A DNA stretch of 42,310 nucleotides from contig WRNL01000001.1 of NCBI GenBank assembly GCA_009776625.1, positions 1 through 42,310 of the forward strand. Direction: 5' to 3'. The position numbers were made by a program, and so were the translations under genes. The DNA is from Methanomassiliicoccaceae archaeon. GTDB lineage: Archaea; Thermoplasmatota; Thermoplasmata; Methanomassiliicoccales; Methanomethylophilaceae. The notes below the pieces were generated by a model that did no database searches, was not told where the DNA came from, and worked only from the letters and a program-made list of their open reading frames with translations. This document shows, piece after piece, positions 18,259-27,835 of this stretch. Position 1 is the first letter of the stretch. Each line of letters opens with the position of its first letter.

Positions 18259-19488
18259 ATGACTACAGGAAAGAAAGCGTCCGGCGAGAGGGAAAGGGTT
18301 GTTTTGGCTTACTCGGGCGGCCTTGACACGTCGGTCGCCATCAGATGGCTGCATGATAAGTACGACTTGGACGTCATAGCTGTCGCGGTCAACGTGGGGC
18401 AGCCTGACAACGAGGACGATATAATCGCAAGGGCGATGGCCATCGGCGCGATAAAGGCCGAGTACGTGGACGCGAGGGAGGAGTTCGTCACGGACTACAT
18501 TTGGCCCTCGCTGAAGGCGAACGCCATGTACCAGGGGGTCTACCCCCTGAGCACGGCCGTCGCGAGACCGGTCATCATCAAGAAGCTGGTGGAGATCGCG
18601 AAGAGGGAAGGGGCCGCGTACATAGCGCACGGGTGCACCGCGAAGGGCAACGACCAGGTGCGCTTCGACGTGGGGATAATGTCTCTCGGCCCGGAATTGA
18701 AGATAATAGCCCCTATGAGGGACTGGGTGATGACGCGCGAGGAGGCGGTCGAGTATGCGCGTGCCAACAACCTCCCGATAGCATTGAAGAAAAAGAGCCC
18801 GTATTCCATAGACGAGAACCTCTGGGGGAGGAGTTGCGAGTGCGGCCCCCTCGAGGACCCTTGGATGGAGCCGCCGGAGGACTCGTGCGACTGGACGGCA
18901 CGCCCGGAGGACGCGCCGGACGAGCCCGAGTACCTGGAGATAACGTTCGAAAGGGGCATACCGGTCGGATACAACGGAAAGGAGATGGGGGGCGTCGCGC
19001 TGATAACGGAGCTGAACCGGATCGCGTCGAGGCACGGCATCGGGCGCATCGACCACGTCGAGGACCGCCTGATCGGGGTTAAGAGCAGGGAGACGTACGA
19101 GTGCCCCGCCGCGGTGATGCTGATCGCGGCGCACAGGGACATGGAGTTCCTCACCGTCGAGAAGGATGTCCTCGAGTTCAAGAGGGGCGTCGAGCAGAAG
19201 TACTCCGAGCTGGTCTACAACGGGCTGTGGTTCGGCGCCCTCCGCGAGTCCCTGGACCGGTTCATCGACGACACGCAGAAGTTCGTCACCGGGACGGTCA
19301 GGCTGAAGCTGTTCAAGGGGAGCGCGGCGGCCGTCGGGAGGAGGTCGGACTACTCGCTCTACGAGGAGGGCCTGTCCACATACTCGGAGGGGGATTCCTT
19401 CGACCATGCGTCGGCCGTCGGGTTCATCTATTGCTGGGGGCTCCCGAACAGGACAGCGGCGAAGGCCCACAAGAAGAGCAAGAGGTGA
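18259..19488 (+). CDS. argG: Argininosuccinate synthase
   Basis: LAYSGGLDTS, HGCTAKGNDQVRF, YSIDENLWG. Confidence 0.97.
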   Translation: MTTGKKASGERERVVLAYSGGLDTSVAIRWLHDKYDLDVIAVAVNVGQPDNEDDIIARAMAIGAIKAEYVDAREEFVTDYIWPSLKANAMYQGVYPLSTAVARPVIIKKLVEIAKREGAAYIAHGCTAKGNDQVRFDVGIMSLGPELKIIAPMRDWVMTREEAVEYARANNLPIALKKKSPYSIDENLWGRSCECGPLEDPWMEPPEDSCDWTARPEDAPDEPEYLEITFERGIPVGYNGKEMGGVALITELNRIASRHGIGRIDHVEDRLIGVKSRETYECPAAVMLIAAHRDMEFLTVEKDVLEFKRGVEQKYSELVYNGLWFGALRESLDRFIDDTQKFVTGTVRLKLFKGSAAAVGRRSDYSLYEEGLSTYSEGDSFDHASAVGFIYCWGLPNRTAAKAHKKSKR

Positions 19489-19492
19489 CCGC

Positions 19493-20938
19493 ATGGTACA
19501 GAAAGCCCTTTGGTCCGGCAGGTACGGCAGCGGGATGGACGACTCGACCCTCGAGTTCACGTCGTCCCTCGACGTGGACGTCGCCCTGGGGTTCTATGAC
19601 ATCATGGGCTCCCTGGCACATGTGACTATGCTGAGGGACTGCGGCATACTCTCCAATAGCGACGCAGACGAGATTATCGATGGGCTGAGGACACTCCTCG
19701 ATGATGTGAGGGGAGGTAGGCTGGGGATCGACCACGGCCTCGAGGACATACACACGAACATAGAGCACGCCCTCACCGCGCTCAAGGGCCCCGTCGGAGG
19801 GAAGCTGCACACGGGCAGGAGCAGGAACGACCAGGTCGCGACGGACCTCAGGATGTACCTCCGCGACGCGGTGCTCGAGGCGGCGAAGTGCATCGATGCC
19901 CTTATCAAGACGCTTGTGGACCTGGCAGAGGGCTCGCGGAGCGCGATAATGCCTGGATTGACGCACATGCAGCATGCCCAGCCGGTCACTGCGGCGCAGC
20001 ACATGATGGCACATGCGTTCAGGCTCGGCAGGGACGCCGACAGGTTCCTGGAGTCGTTCGAGCGGATCAACGTGTGCCCGCTGGGCGCTGGCGCGCTGGC
20101 CGGCACCACGTACCCCATCGACCGTGGGCAGACCTCAGATCTGCTGGGGTTCGGGCGCCCCACCGAGAACTCGATGGACAGCGTCAGCGACAGGGACTTC
20201 GTGATGGAGGCCGCGTTCTGCGCATCGATGCTGGCGGTCCACCTGTCGTCGATGGCGGAGGAGCTCGTGCTGTGGTCGTCGCCGGAGTTCGGCTTCATAG
20301 AGATGGACGACAGGTACACCACCGGCTCGTCGATGATGCCGCAGAAGAAGAACCCGGACGTCGCAGAGCTCATAAGGGGGAGGGCGGGGGGCGTGATAGG
20401 CGGGCTCGTCTCCGCGTTGGTGCTGGTGAAGGGCCTGCCGCTTACGTACAACCGCGACCTGCAGGAAGACAAGAAGGCGGTAATGGAGCCTATGCGCACC
20501 GTGGTGCAATGCGCGTCTATGATGTCCAAGGTCGTTTCCACGATGAGGTTCGACGAGGGCCGCATGTCCAGCCTAGTAAAGGAGGGGCACGTCAACGCGA
20601 CCGACATGGCTGACTACCTGGTGGCGAAGGGCATGCCCTTCCGCGAGGCGCACGGGGCCGTGGGCTCGGCGGTGAGGTTCTGCGTCCGCGAGAAGAAGGG
20701 GCTGGAAGAGCTGACGCTGTCCGAAATGAGAGGGTTCTCCGACCTCATAGACGAGGACGTGTTCGATGTCCTGCCCATCGAGAAATGCGTGGAAAGGCGC
20801 CGTTCCTTCGGCGGGACGTCCCCGCAGAGCGTCGAAGCGCAGATATCCATGACTCTCGATTCCCTGTCGGACAGAGAGTGCCGGATAAGCCGGAAGATGT
20901 CCGCGATCGATGACTGCTGGAACAGGCTCGCCGGCTGA
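19493..20938 (+). CDS. argH: Argininosuccinate lyase
   Basis: LHTGRSRNDQ, THMQHAQP, TGSSMMPQKKNPD, YNRDLQEDK. Confidence 0.97.
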   Translation: MVQKALWSGRYGSGMDDSTLEFTSSLDVDVALGFYDIMGSLAHVTMLRDCGILSNSDADEIIDGLRTLLDDVRGGRLGIDHGLEDIHTNIEHALTALKGPVGGKLHTGRSRNDQVATDLRMYLRDAVLEAAKCIDALIKTLVDLAEGSRSAIMPGLTHMQHAQPVTAAQHMMAHAFRLGRDADRFLESFERINVCPLGAGALAGTTYPIDRGQTSDLLGFGRPTENSMDSVSDRDFVMEAAFCASMLAVHLSSMAEELVLWSSPEFGFIEMDDRYTTGSSMMPQKKNPDVAELIRGRAGGVIGGLVSALVLVKGLPLTYNRDLQEDKKAVMEPMRTVVQCASMMSKVVSTMRFDEGRMSSLVKEGHVNATDMADYLVAKGMPFREAHGAVGSAVRFCVREKKGLEELTLSEMRGFSDLIDEDVFDVLPIEKCVERRRSFGGTSPQSVEAQISMTLDSLSDRECRISRKMSAIDDCWNRLAG

Positions 20939-20976
20939 CAGCGCGTAACGGTGGCATCGGCCCGACAATGCTACGG

Positions 20977-22317
20977 TCAAGGCCTCCGGCCGAGGGCGCC
21001 CCTTGTCGCCGACACTATCTCGGATGATGAGTACCGCCCGCCCGCCTCCTTCATCACGTGCCCGATCACCCTGTTGACGGCTTTCTCGTTCCTTTTTATC
21101 TCGTCTATGATCCCTGGGTGCGCGTCCAGGTAGCCGTCGATTATCTGTTCCAGCCCTGCGCCCCGCCCGGGGTCGGACCCGGGACCGGCGCCCGTCATGT
21201 ATGCTTTCAGCCGGATGTCCGCCTCGGTGTCCGTCATCTCGCCCTTTGAGAACCTCCCTATTATGTCCGTTATCCCTCCGGGGTCCTTCCCGGTCGCCTC
21301 GAAGGCCCTCCAGTTGGCGCTCAGCGCCCCCGTCGCCCAATACACCGCCGTCTGGGGGGACCCGGTCTCCCTCGCTATCTCATCGAATACGTCGGCCAGG
21401 CCGGCGGAGGTCGACACTATCTGTTCGGCCGTCCTCATGTCTATGCCGTGGTCCCTGCTGATCCTTGCGGCCATCCCCGCGACGCTCTCTTTGGCCGATA
21501 TCGATCTTGCGAGGTCGCCTATGTGGAACACGCCCAGATCCGGCTCGTCGATGTAGCCGTAGTCCGCCTCGTACTCCTTCTTCCTGACGGACATGGTGAC
21601 CCCCCTCTCCTCGTCGAAGCGCCTGGTCTCCCTTTCGACCTTTCCCCCCGCCTTCAGGATCTTGACCTGTCTGACCGCCTCGAATGCCAGCGCCCTCTCG
21701 ACGTTCCTCAGCCCGGTGACGTTCTTCACCTCCGCCCTTTCCTCTCCCACAGAAATGTTGCAGTCGCAACGGATGCTCCTCTCGCCGTCGTTCGGAAGGT
21801 CTATGGCATGGCGGATGTCCGCCGTCAGCTGCCTGAGGAACTCCCGTGCCTCCGCTGGCGAGGAGAGATCGGGGTCGGTCACGATCTCCGCAAGGGCTAT
21901 GCCGCACCTGTTGTAATCGACCATGGACGAGTTGTCGCCCACCCTCTTAGTCTTCCCTGGATCCTCTTCGAGTTGTATCCTGGTGATCCCGACGGGCTTC
22001 CCCCCTTTCATGCGGTAGACGCCCCTGCCCCCGACAGGGTTGTCGTACTGTGTGATCTGGACGCTCTTGCTCATGTCGGGGTAGAAGTACGTCTTCCTGG
22101 AGAACCATATGGTCTCGGGGACCTCGCAGCCCAGCATCTTCGCCAGCATTATGCCGTGTTCCACCGCTTTCCTGTTCATCATGGGCTTGCTGCCGGGCAT
22201 TCCCAAGCATATCGGGCACACGTGCGTGTTGGGGGCGTCCGTATGGGCGGTCGGGCAGGGGCAGAACATCTTGGACGCGGTCGGGAGCTGCACGTGTATC
22301 TCGAGCCCTATCCTCAC
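20977..22317 (-). CDS. gatB: Asp/Glu-tRNA amidotransferase subunit B
   Basis: IGLEIHVQL, RKTYFYPD, LEEDPGK, DYNRCG..LAEIVT; GTG start overlaps the gatA stop. Confidence 0.95.
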   Translation of the reverse strand: MRIGLEIHVQLPTASKMFCPCPTAHTDAPNTHVCPICLGMPGSKPMMNRKAVEHGIMLAKMLGCEVPETIWFSRKTYFYPDMSKSVQITQYDNPVGGRGVYRMKGGKPVGITRIQLEEDPGKTKRVGDNSSMVDYNRCGIALAEIVTDPDLSSPAEAREFLRQLTADIRHAIDLPNDGERSIRCDCNISVGEERAEVKNVTGLRNVERALAFEAVRQVKILKAGGKVERETRRFDEERGVTMSVRKKEYEADYGYIDEPDLGVFHIGDLARSISAKESVAGMAARISRDHGIDMRTAEQIVSTSAGLADVFDEIARETGSPQTAVYWATGALSANWRAFEATGKDPGGITDIIGRFSKGEMTDTEADIRLKAYMTGAGPGSDPGRGAGLEQIIDGYLDAHPGIIDEIKRNEKAVNRVIGHVMKEAGGRYSSSEIVSATRGALGRRP

Positions 22318-23636
22318 AGCGACACCTCCGGCCGCCTCGCGCCGAACAGGGGGCCCCACTCCCCCGCGAAGGTCACGAGGGGGTCCTCCCCCCAATGGTC
22401 GGTGACGACCTGCATCCCTATGGGCATGCCGTCCCCGTCGTAGCCGCATGGTACGGAGAGGTGAGGCATGCCCGCCAGGTCCGGGGGGCATGTGAGGAAG
22501 TCCGCGCTGTACGTCTCCATCGGGGTCATCTCCGATATCTCGTCGAACCTCGGGGCGACGAAGGGCATCGTGGGCGTGATGACGGCGTCATGATCCCTGA
22601 ACACCTCCTTGTACGAGGCGATCACGTGGAGCCTGACCTTGAGCGCTTTAGCGTAGTACCTGTCCCTGAACCCCTCCATCCGTATGTACGTCCCGAGGAG
22701 GATCCTCCTCTTGGCCTCGTCCCCGAAGTACTCCGTCCTGAAGGAGGTGAAGTAATCGTCGAACTTCAGGGATAGGTCCCCCTCCTGCCGCCCGTACCTC
22801 ATCCCGACGTACCTGGCGAGGTTCGTGGACGCCTCGGCCGTCGCTATTATGAAATATGCCGGCGGGGCGTACCTCAGCGACGGCATGCTTATCCTCCTCA
22901 CCTCGACGCCTGTGGACCTCAACGTCTCCAAAGAGCGCTCGAAGGCGGAAAGGACGTCCTTGCTCACGCCGGCAAGGGACTCTTCTGGCACTGCCGCCGA
23001 CCTTATCCTTTCGCCTTTGAGCTCGAGGGGGGGCTGGGCGCACGACGTGGGGTCCCTCGGGTCCTTCCCGGAGATGACCGGCAGGAACCTGGCGAACATC
23101 CTGGGGTCCGACGATATCAGGCCCACCTTGTCCAGGGAGCTGCCGTAGTCCACCAGGCCGTGCCTCGACACCCTCCCGTAGGTGGGGACGATCCCGTACG
23201 TCCCGCAGAAGCTCGCGGGGCAGCACACGGAGCCCCCGGTGGACGCCCCCAGCGACACGTGCCCGTCGATGACCGCCGCGGCGCACGCGGAGCCCCCCGA
23301 CGACCCGCCGCACGACCTCTCGAGGTCGAAGGGGTTCTTCGGGACGCCGTACGCCGAGTTCGTGCAGAACGTGCCGAAGCCGAACTCGTCCATGTTGTTC
23401 TTGCCTATCAGCTTCCCCCCGGCCGCCCTCATCCTCTCGATGGGGGCCGCGTCGAACACCGGGCGGTGCCCGTCCAGTATCCTGGAGCCGCAGCGCGTCT
23501 GCATGTCGGCGGACGTCAGGCTGTCCTTGGCGGAGAACAGGAACCCATTGCCGCCCTCGTCCAGGCTCTCGGCTATGCAGCTGAACATGGAGTACCTCCC
23601 GTTCAGCGCATGGAGGCGGGCGAGGACGTCGCTCAT
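22314..23636 (-). CDS. gatA: Asp/Glu-tRNA amidotransferase subunit A (amidase)
   Basis: AKD, GKNNMDEFG, GGSSGGSA, STGGS, EASTNLARY, KRRILLG. Confidence 0.93.
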   Translation of the reverse strand: MSDVLARLHALNGRYSMFSCIAESLDEGGNGFLFSAKDSLTSADMQTRCGSRILDGHRPVFDAAPIERMRAAGGKLIGKNNMDEFGFGTFCTNSAYGVPKNPFDLERSCGGSSGGSACAAAVIDGHVSLGASTGGSVCCPASFCGTYGIVPTYGRVSRHGLVDYGSSLDKVGLISSDPRMFARFLPVISGKDPRDPTSCAQPPLELKGERIRSAAVPEESLAGVSKDVLSAFERSLETLRSTGVEVRRISMPSLRYAPPAYFIIATAEASTNLARYVGMRYGRQEGDLSLKFDDYFTSFRTEYFGDEAKRRILLGTYIRMEGFRDRYYAKALKVRLHVIASYKEVFRDHDAVITPTMPFVAPRFDEISEMTPMETYSADFLTCPPDLAGMPHLSVPCGYDGDGMPIGMQVVTDHWGEDPLVTFAGEWGPLFGARRPEVSL

Positions 23637-23905
23637 AGCAGCCTGGGCCCCCTAACGTAGCCGTCGTAGGTCTTCATGTCCCTCATGAGCTCGGCAGGGT
23701 CGAAGAAGATGCCGGGCACGTCGTCCCTGAGGACGTCCGCGACCTCCACGGGGTTCACGCCGTGCCCCTCCCCTTCGGGCGACCCATCGATGATGCTGAA
23801 GTAGTCGAGAACCTCGGCCAGGTCCCTGCCGTACCTTTCGAGCTCCTCTTCGGTGAGCGCGAGATGCGCGGCCCTTGCGACCCTCTCGATGGCCTTCCTG
23901 TCCAT
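23633..23905 (-). CDS. gatC: Asp/Glu-tRNA amidotransferase subunit C
   Basis: VARAAHLAL..EE...LRDD...YVRGP; first gene of the CAB operon. Confidence 0.9.
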   Translation of the reverse strand: MDRKAIERVARAAHLALTEEELERYGRDLAEVLDYFSIIDGSPEGEGHGVNPVEVADVLRDDVPGIFFDPAELMRDMKTYDGYVRGPRLL

Positions 23906-24012
23906 TACGGCCTACGGATTCTCTCTTTTGTTATATTCTTATCCCCTGCCACGCCAGGCGGGACCGCTGATTCGGAGCTGTTCGTCGCCGCAGTTCAGAA
24001 AAGCTAATATAT

Positions 24013-24026
24013 TGAGTATGTACTCA
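24013..24026. promoter_or_regulatory. Putative TetR operator TGAGTA-TG-TACTCA
   Basis: Perfect 6-bp inverted repeat between an AT-rich TATA-like stretch and the TetR start codon. Confidence 0.65.
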
Positions 24027-24045
24027 TTGAGTTGGAAGTCATCAA

Positions 24046-24627
24046 ATGGCGGAGAGTCGACAGCAACAGAAAGCGCGTACGAGAGAGAGGATAACGGAGG
24101 CCGCCCTGAGGGTTTACTCCGAGAACGGCTTCTCCACCCCCACGGTGGCCATCGCCAACGAGGCGCAGGTGTCGCACGGGTCGGTGTTCGCCCATTTCCC
24201 CACCGTCGACGACCTGCTCATCTCCTCGGTGGAGAAGTTCGCAGGGGAGCTGGCGATGGAAATCCGCCTCCTGACTGCCGGAGCCGACAACGCGGCCGCG
24301 CTCCTGGGGATGCACATGGACGTGCTGACGAGGCATGAGGGCCTCTACAAACGGCTGGTCAAGGAGGCGTCCTGCCTGCCGGAGGAGGCGAGGAACTCGC
24401 TCATCGCGATACAGTCGGCGCTGTCCTTCCATTTCATGCAGGCGATGGAGGCGGAAATGGGGAAAGGAGGCGTGAAGGACATCCCACTGCACATGATCTT
24501 CAACACATGGCTGGGGCTGATCCACCACTACCTTCTGAACAGCGACCTGTTCGCGCCACAGGGGAGAGTGCTGGAACTCCGTAGGGACGAGCTGATAGGG
24601 TGCTTCCTGGAGTTGATAAGGAAATGA
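24046..24627 (+). CDS. TetR/AcrR family transcriptional regulator
   Basis: TRERITEAAL....GF..T..IANEAQVSHGSVFAHF. Confidence 0.92.
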   Translation: MAESRQQQKARTRERITEAALRVYSENGFSTPTVAIANEAQVSHGSVFAHFPTVDDLLISSVEKFAGELAMEIRLLTAGADNAAALLGMHMDVLTRHEGLYKRLVKEASCLPEEARNSLIAIQSALSFHFMQAMEAEMGKGGVKDIPLHMIFNTWLGLIHHYLLNSDLFAPQGRVLELRRDELIGCFLELIRK

Positions 24628-24643
24628 CATCGGAGGAAATAGT

Positions 24644-24889
24644 ATGAAAGAATGCATCGCATGCGGCATGCCCATGGTGGGCGCGGCCGATTTCGCAATG
24701 AACGACGAGAGCAAGGACTACTGCGTCCACTGCGCCCGCCCGGACGGCTCCATGCAGTCGTTCGAGGAGAAGAAGGAGAACCTGACCGGCTTCATCGTCA
24801 GGACGCAGGGGCTGGCCCCGAGGCCGGCGGAGGCGGCCGCCCTGTCCATGATGAGGAAGCTCCCCGCCTGGAGGGGCGACTTCGACTGA
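24644..24889 (+). CDS. Zinc-ribbon protein (Zn_ribbon_2-like)
   Basis: CIACGMP...DYCVHC..DG...LPAW; GGAGG upstream. Confidence 0.85.
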   Translation: MKECIACGMPMVGAADFAMNDESKDYCVHCARPDGSMQSFEEKKENLTGFIVRTQGLAPRPAEAAALSMMRKLPAWRGDFD

Positions 24890-25232
24890 GACTGGGGGGT
24901 GGCTTCGCCGATCGGGCCGCTGGCCTGCGGGCAGGGCCGCGACGACGAAGCCCCCGACGTCGGGCTCACGGAGAGGCTGTGCACGGACAGGGGCGGGTGG
25001 GCCGCATGCTCACGAGCCGCCATTGCCTGGAACATGCGGTCGGACCATCCCCCTCGTGGGGCCTGATGCCAAGGCAGTCTTATTCGGCTGGCGTGAGGGG
25101 GGTTGTGTCAAGGGATGCGCAATCTTTATCTCCTTCCCATCGGCTCTATGGTCACTGTTCACAGGCTCCGCGGTTGGAACGTGCAATACGCCCCATAAGA
25201 GGTTGTAATAGCGACTCGCGAAACGAGAATCA

Positions 25233-25928
25233 ATGGACATCGAGAAGAATATGAACAATAAAGAATTGTTTCCGCTGACTCAGTCGTTTGGGTTAGTCCT
25301 GGGGGATGCGACCGAGGTGGCTGATGCCATTTTCAATGAGATGAGGAAATACACGAAGGACGAAAACGGAATAGAGTTGGACCGCCCGATATTAGGGAAT
25401 TTTGACGATGCGATCTATAACAATAAGTTCACAGTCCCCATTACAAGGGTAATAGCGTTTCCGACAAGAACGGAATGGACGATCATCTGGAACAATTCGT
25501 TCTTATGTGATGGCTGGGATTCGTTGTGTTATAATTTAACAAGATCCTGCAATTACGATACGTTCCATTTCTGCTCACATGACGCGATTACGACCATGTT
25601 GCCCGGATCGTATTTTTATTACAGGTGGGTTGAGAATGAAGTTCTTAAAGAACGTTATGCATGGGCTTGTAAGAACGATAGTGGCAGGTGGGAGTTCATA
25701 GAGAAAGGAGAAACGCGTTATTTTGAAACTGTTGAGGACTATGAAGACAGGATGATAAAAAACAGATTAAACGAAGACAAAATGGAAAAGATATTTGATA
25801 AAATGGGCATAAATCCGTGGGAAAGAACATCATATAGGTATAATGAGCCATATTTTCAGATAACCAGGACAAAATATCCAGAAACAACAAAAGAAAAAGA
25901 TGTGGACAAAATAATTAAAAAAACATGA
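25233..25928 (+). CDS. Hypothetical protein, AT-rich (horizontally acquired)
   Basis: 231-aa ORF with strongly divergent codon usage. Confidence 0.8.
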   Translation: MDIEKNMNNKELFPLTQSFGLVLGDATEVADAIFNEMRKYTKDENGIELDRPILGNFDDAIYNNKFTVPITRVIAFPTRTEWTIIWNNSFLCDGWDSLCYNLTRSCNYDTFHFCSHDAITTMLPGSYFYYRWVENEVLKERYAWACKNDSGRWEFIEKGETRYFETVEDYEDRMIKNRLNEDKMEKIFDKMGINPWERTSYRYNEPYFQITRTKYPETTKEKDVDKIIKKT

Positions 25929-26103
25929 TCCATCGCAATAGTCGCGATCCTCCAGCGTAATGGGGGGGGGGGCATGCCGAAGACATGAAGTTAGCATTCT
26001 GCGTCCAGCTTTTTTATGCTGCCGACGGGCCGCATCCCGCAGACGCCTTCGATCGTTTTGAGGATATTTGTCATTGGCGCCCTCGTCTGGCATGGTTCTC
26101 TCT

Positions 26104-26340
26104 CTAAGAACACAGGGCGGGAACTGTATGGGGGCGCATCTGCGACATTTCTGAGAGCGGGGCGGGTTTCTGTGAGCCTATTTTTAGGTCTTTTTCAGAG
26201 TTTTTCAGATATTCTGAACATAAAGAAGCGCTTGGATGGGGAGGGGAATAGTATTTATACGGACGGGGGGTTATAGTGGTCGGAGATAGTTCCACATCGG
26301 CATTATCTTTGAATGTACCTATATTAAATTCTATAGTCAT
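26104..26340 (-). CDS. Doubtful short ORF overlapping the end of the 369-aa gene; ends in TAG
   Basis: ORF track only; no recognisable motif; may instead be non-coding. Confidence 0.2.
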   Translation of the reverse strand: MTIEFNIGTFKDNADVELSPTTITPRPYKYYSPPHPSASLCSEYLKNSEKDLKIGSQKPAPLSEMSQMRPHTVPALCS

Positions 26341-27430
26341 ACAAACCCCTTAATTCCCTTTCAACCTCTTTTGCTTTGTATACTGTCACTTCGTACTGGT
26401 CTTCGAAGCACTCGGCACGTTCCTTTGACCTGTTTCCTGCATAAACGATGATGTCCCCGTCGCTCACATATTTCTCATCCAGATGGGGATCGAAAAACCT
26501 GAATGAACAACCGCGTAGGGCCGCGAAAATCAACGCATTCCTCACTGGTGCCAGCCCCATCTGCCGTTTCGATTTCTTCTCCATGGGTGGTTTTTCGACG
26601 ATGCCATTGATGCCTACCCAGTCAGGGTCGTCTGAAATGTAGAATACCGTTGGCTTGAGCATGTGTCTGCTGATATCGATGGGTTCTTCGTTCAACCACT
26701 TTATTTTGTGTATGCTGGATACATCGATGTAATTGCACTCTACTTCAAACACGCCCTCCCAAACATCCTCCAGATTTTTGATCGTCAACCCCAGTTTGGC
26801 GTTGTACAGCTTGATGTCCGTGAGGAAAGCGACGATATCCGCAAAGGATATCAAGGGATGAACCTCGTCGCCATGGCTCACTATAGAGATGTCACTAGAC
26901 CTTTCTAGCTCCCTCCATGCAGTGGTCTCTTTCGAGGTGAAGGCGTCTATCACCAGCTTGCTGCCCTTGCCTCTCCCAAACCTCTTGTAGTTCCATGCAG
27001 ATATGTATGAGAACATCGGGCCGAGGTTCTTCAGGAACTCTTCTGTCCCGACGCTGTATGCGCCGCATCTCTCGCCCCCCACCGCCACTCTTCCTGCAGG
27101 TTTTGTCGGCAACACGACATAACTGAAATGCACATGTGCCACGAACCTGCTGGTTGAGTTGACGAGCTGTTGCGCAAACGCCACGGCTTTACGTGCCCCT
27201 ATGTCATTCCTCAACATCGAGGCGGAGTAGATGCAACTGGCGTCTTCGATGCCGAACGCCTCTGACAGATCCGCCGTGGATTCGATGTAGGCTTTGGCGA
27301 ACCCCTCCGGGTCGTCGAACGCCACCCCGACCCCGAGCGGGGTGAAGAACGACACCTCCGGACGCCCGCCGTCAACCTTCCTTTCTCTCTTGAAATCCTT
27401 AGAATCAAAAGCAACACACCTCATTTTCAT
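26324..27430 (-). CDS. Hypothetical protein, probable RNase H-fold (DUF3800-like)
   Basis: VAFDS near the N-terminus, LVIDAF, and GDEVHPLISFADIVA, which resembles the DUF3800 QxADxxA motif. Confidence 0.6.
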   Translation of the reverse strand: MKMRCVAFDSKDFKRERKVDGGRPEVSFFTPLGVGVAFDDPEGFAKAYIESTADLSEAFGIEDASCIYSASMLRNDIGARKAVAFAQQLVNSTSRFVAHVHFSYVVLPTKPAGRVAVGGERCGAYSVGTEEFLKNLGPMFSYISAWNYKRFGRGKGSKLVIDAFTSKETTAWRELERSSDISIVSHGDEVHPLISFADIVAFLTDIKLYNAKLGLTIKNLEDVWEGVFEVECNYIDVSSIHKIKWLNEEPIDISRHMLKPTVFYISDDPDWVGINGIVEKPPMEKKSKRQMGLAPVRNALIFAALRGCSFRFFDPHLDEKYVSDGDIIVYAGNRSKERAECFEDQYEVTVYKAKEVERELRGLYDYRI

Positions 27431-27835
27431 CACTGGCTTTCCCCACGCCCTCTTTGTTTATAAGCCAAATGGGGGGGTCACCGAATTGACCGAAAGTGAC
27501 CCCGTCCCGCCGCCATAAACGACACAATAGAGCCGTGCGATGGGGTTTTAAGCACGGTGGGAGGGGGCGTCGTGAGAGAGCCACTAAACTCCCTCGGATC
27601 GGATATGATTTATGCAGAGTTTGAATAGGCGACGGCCATGGGCCTCGGTCCCTACTGTGGGTGGAACATGCTCAATGACATCCGGATTGTGTCGGCGAAG
27701 AACGTTCGCGCCATCATTGAGCGGATCCAATCTCTGCCCCGCAGTCCGCGGGCGAACCCCGTCAGGCAAGCGGGAGATGTTGCTCCGATAACCCTATATC
27801 TTGACCAGGCGTTCAAGGAGCAGGAGAAACACACA

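Noticed and set aside
24995-26010. Degenerate inverted repeats flanking the AT-rich gene (GRMLTSRHCLEHA versus RRMLTSCLRHA in shadow frames)
   Set aside because: Nucleotide similarity is too weak and gapped to distinguish from chance, and no target-site duplication was seen.
27750-27790. SRP RNA (GAACCCCGTCAGG resembles the helix-8 5' strand)
   Set aside because: The required GGAA tetraloop and AGCAG strand are absent.
27638-27835. N-terminal extension of Mrp (and similar upstream extensions of gatB, queC, argH, PAC2, pdaD in the ORF track)
   Set aside because: The extensions carry no family motifs or overlap neighbouring genes; downstream starts match the family N-termini better.
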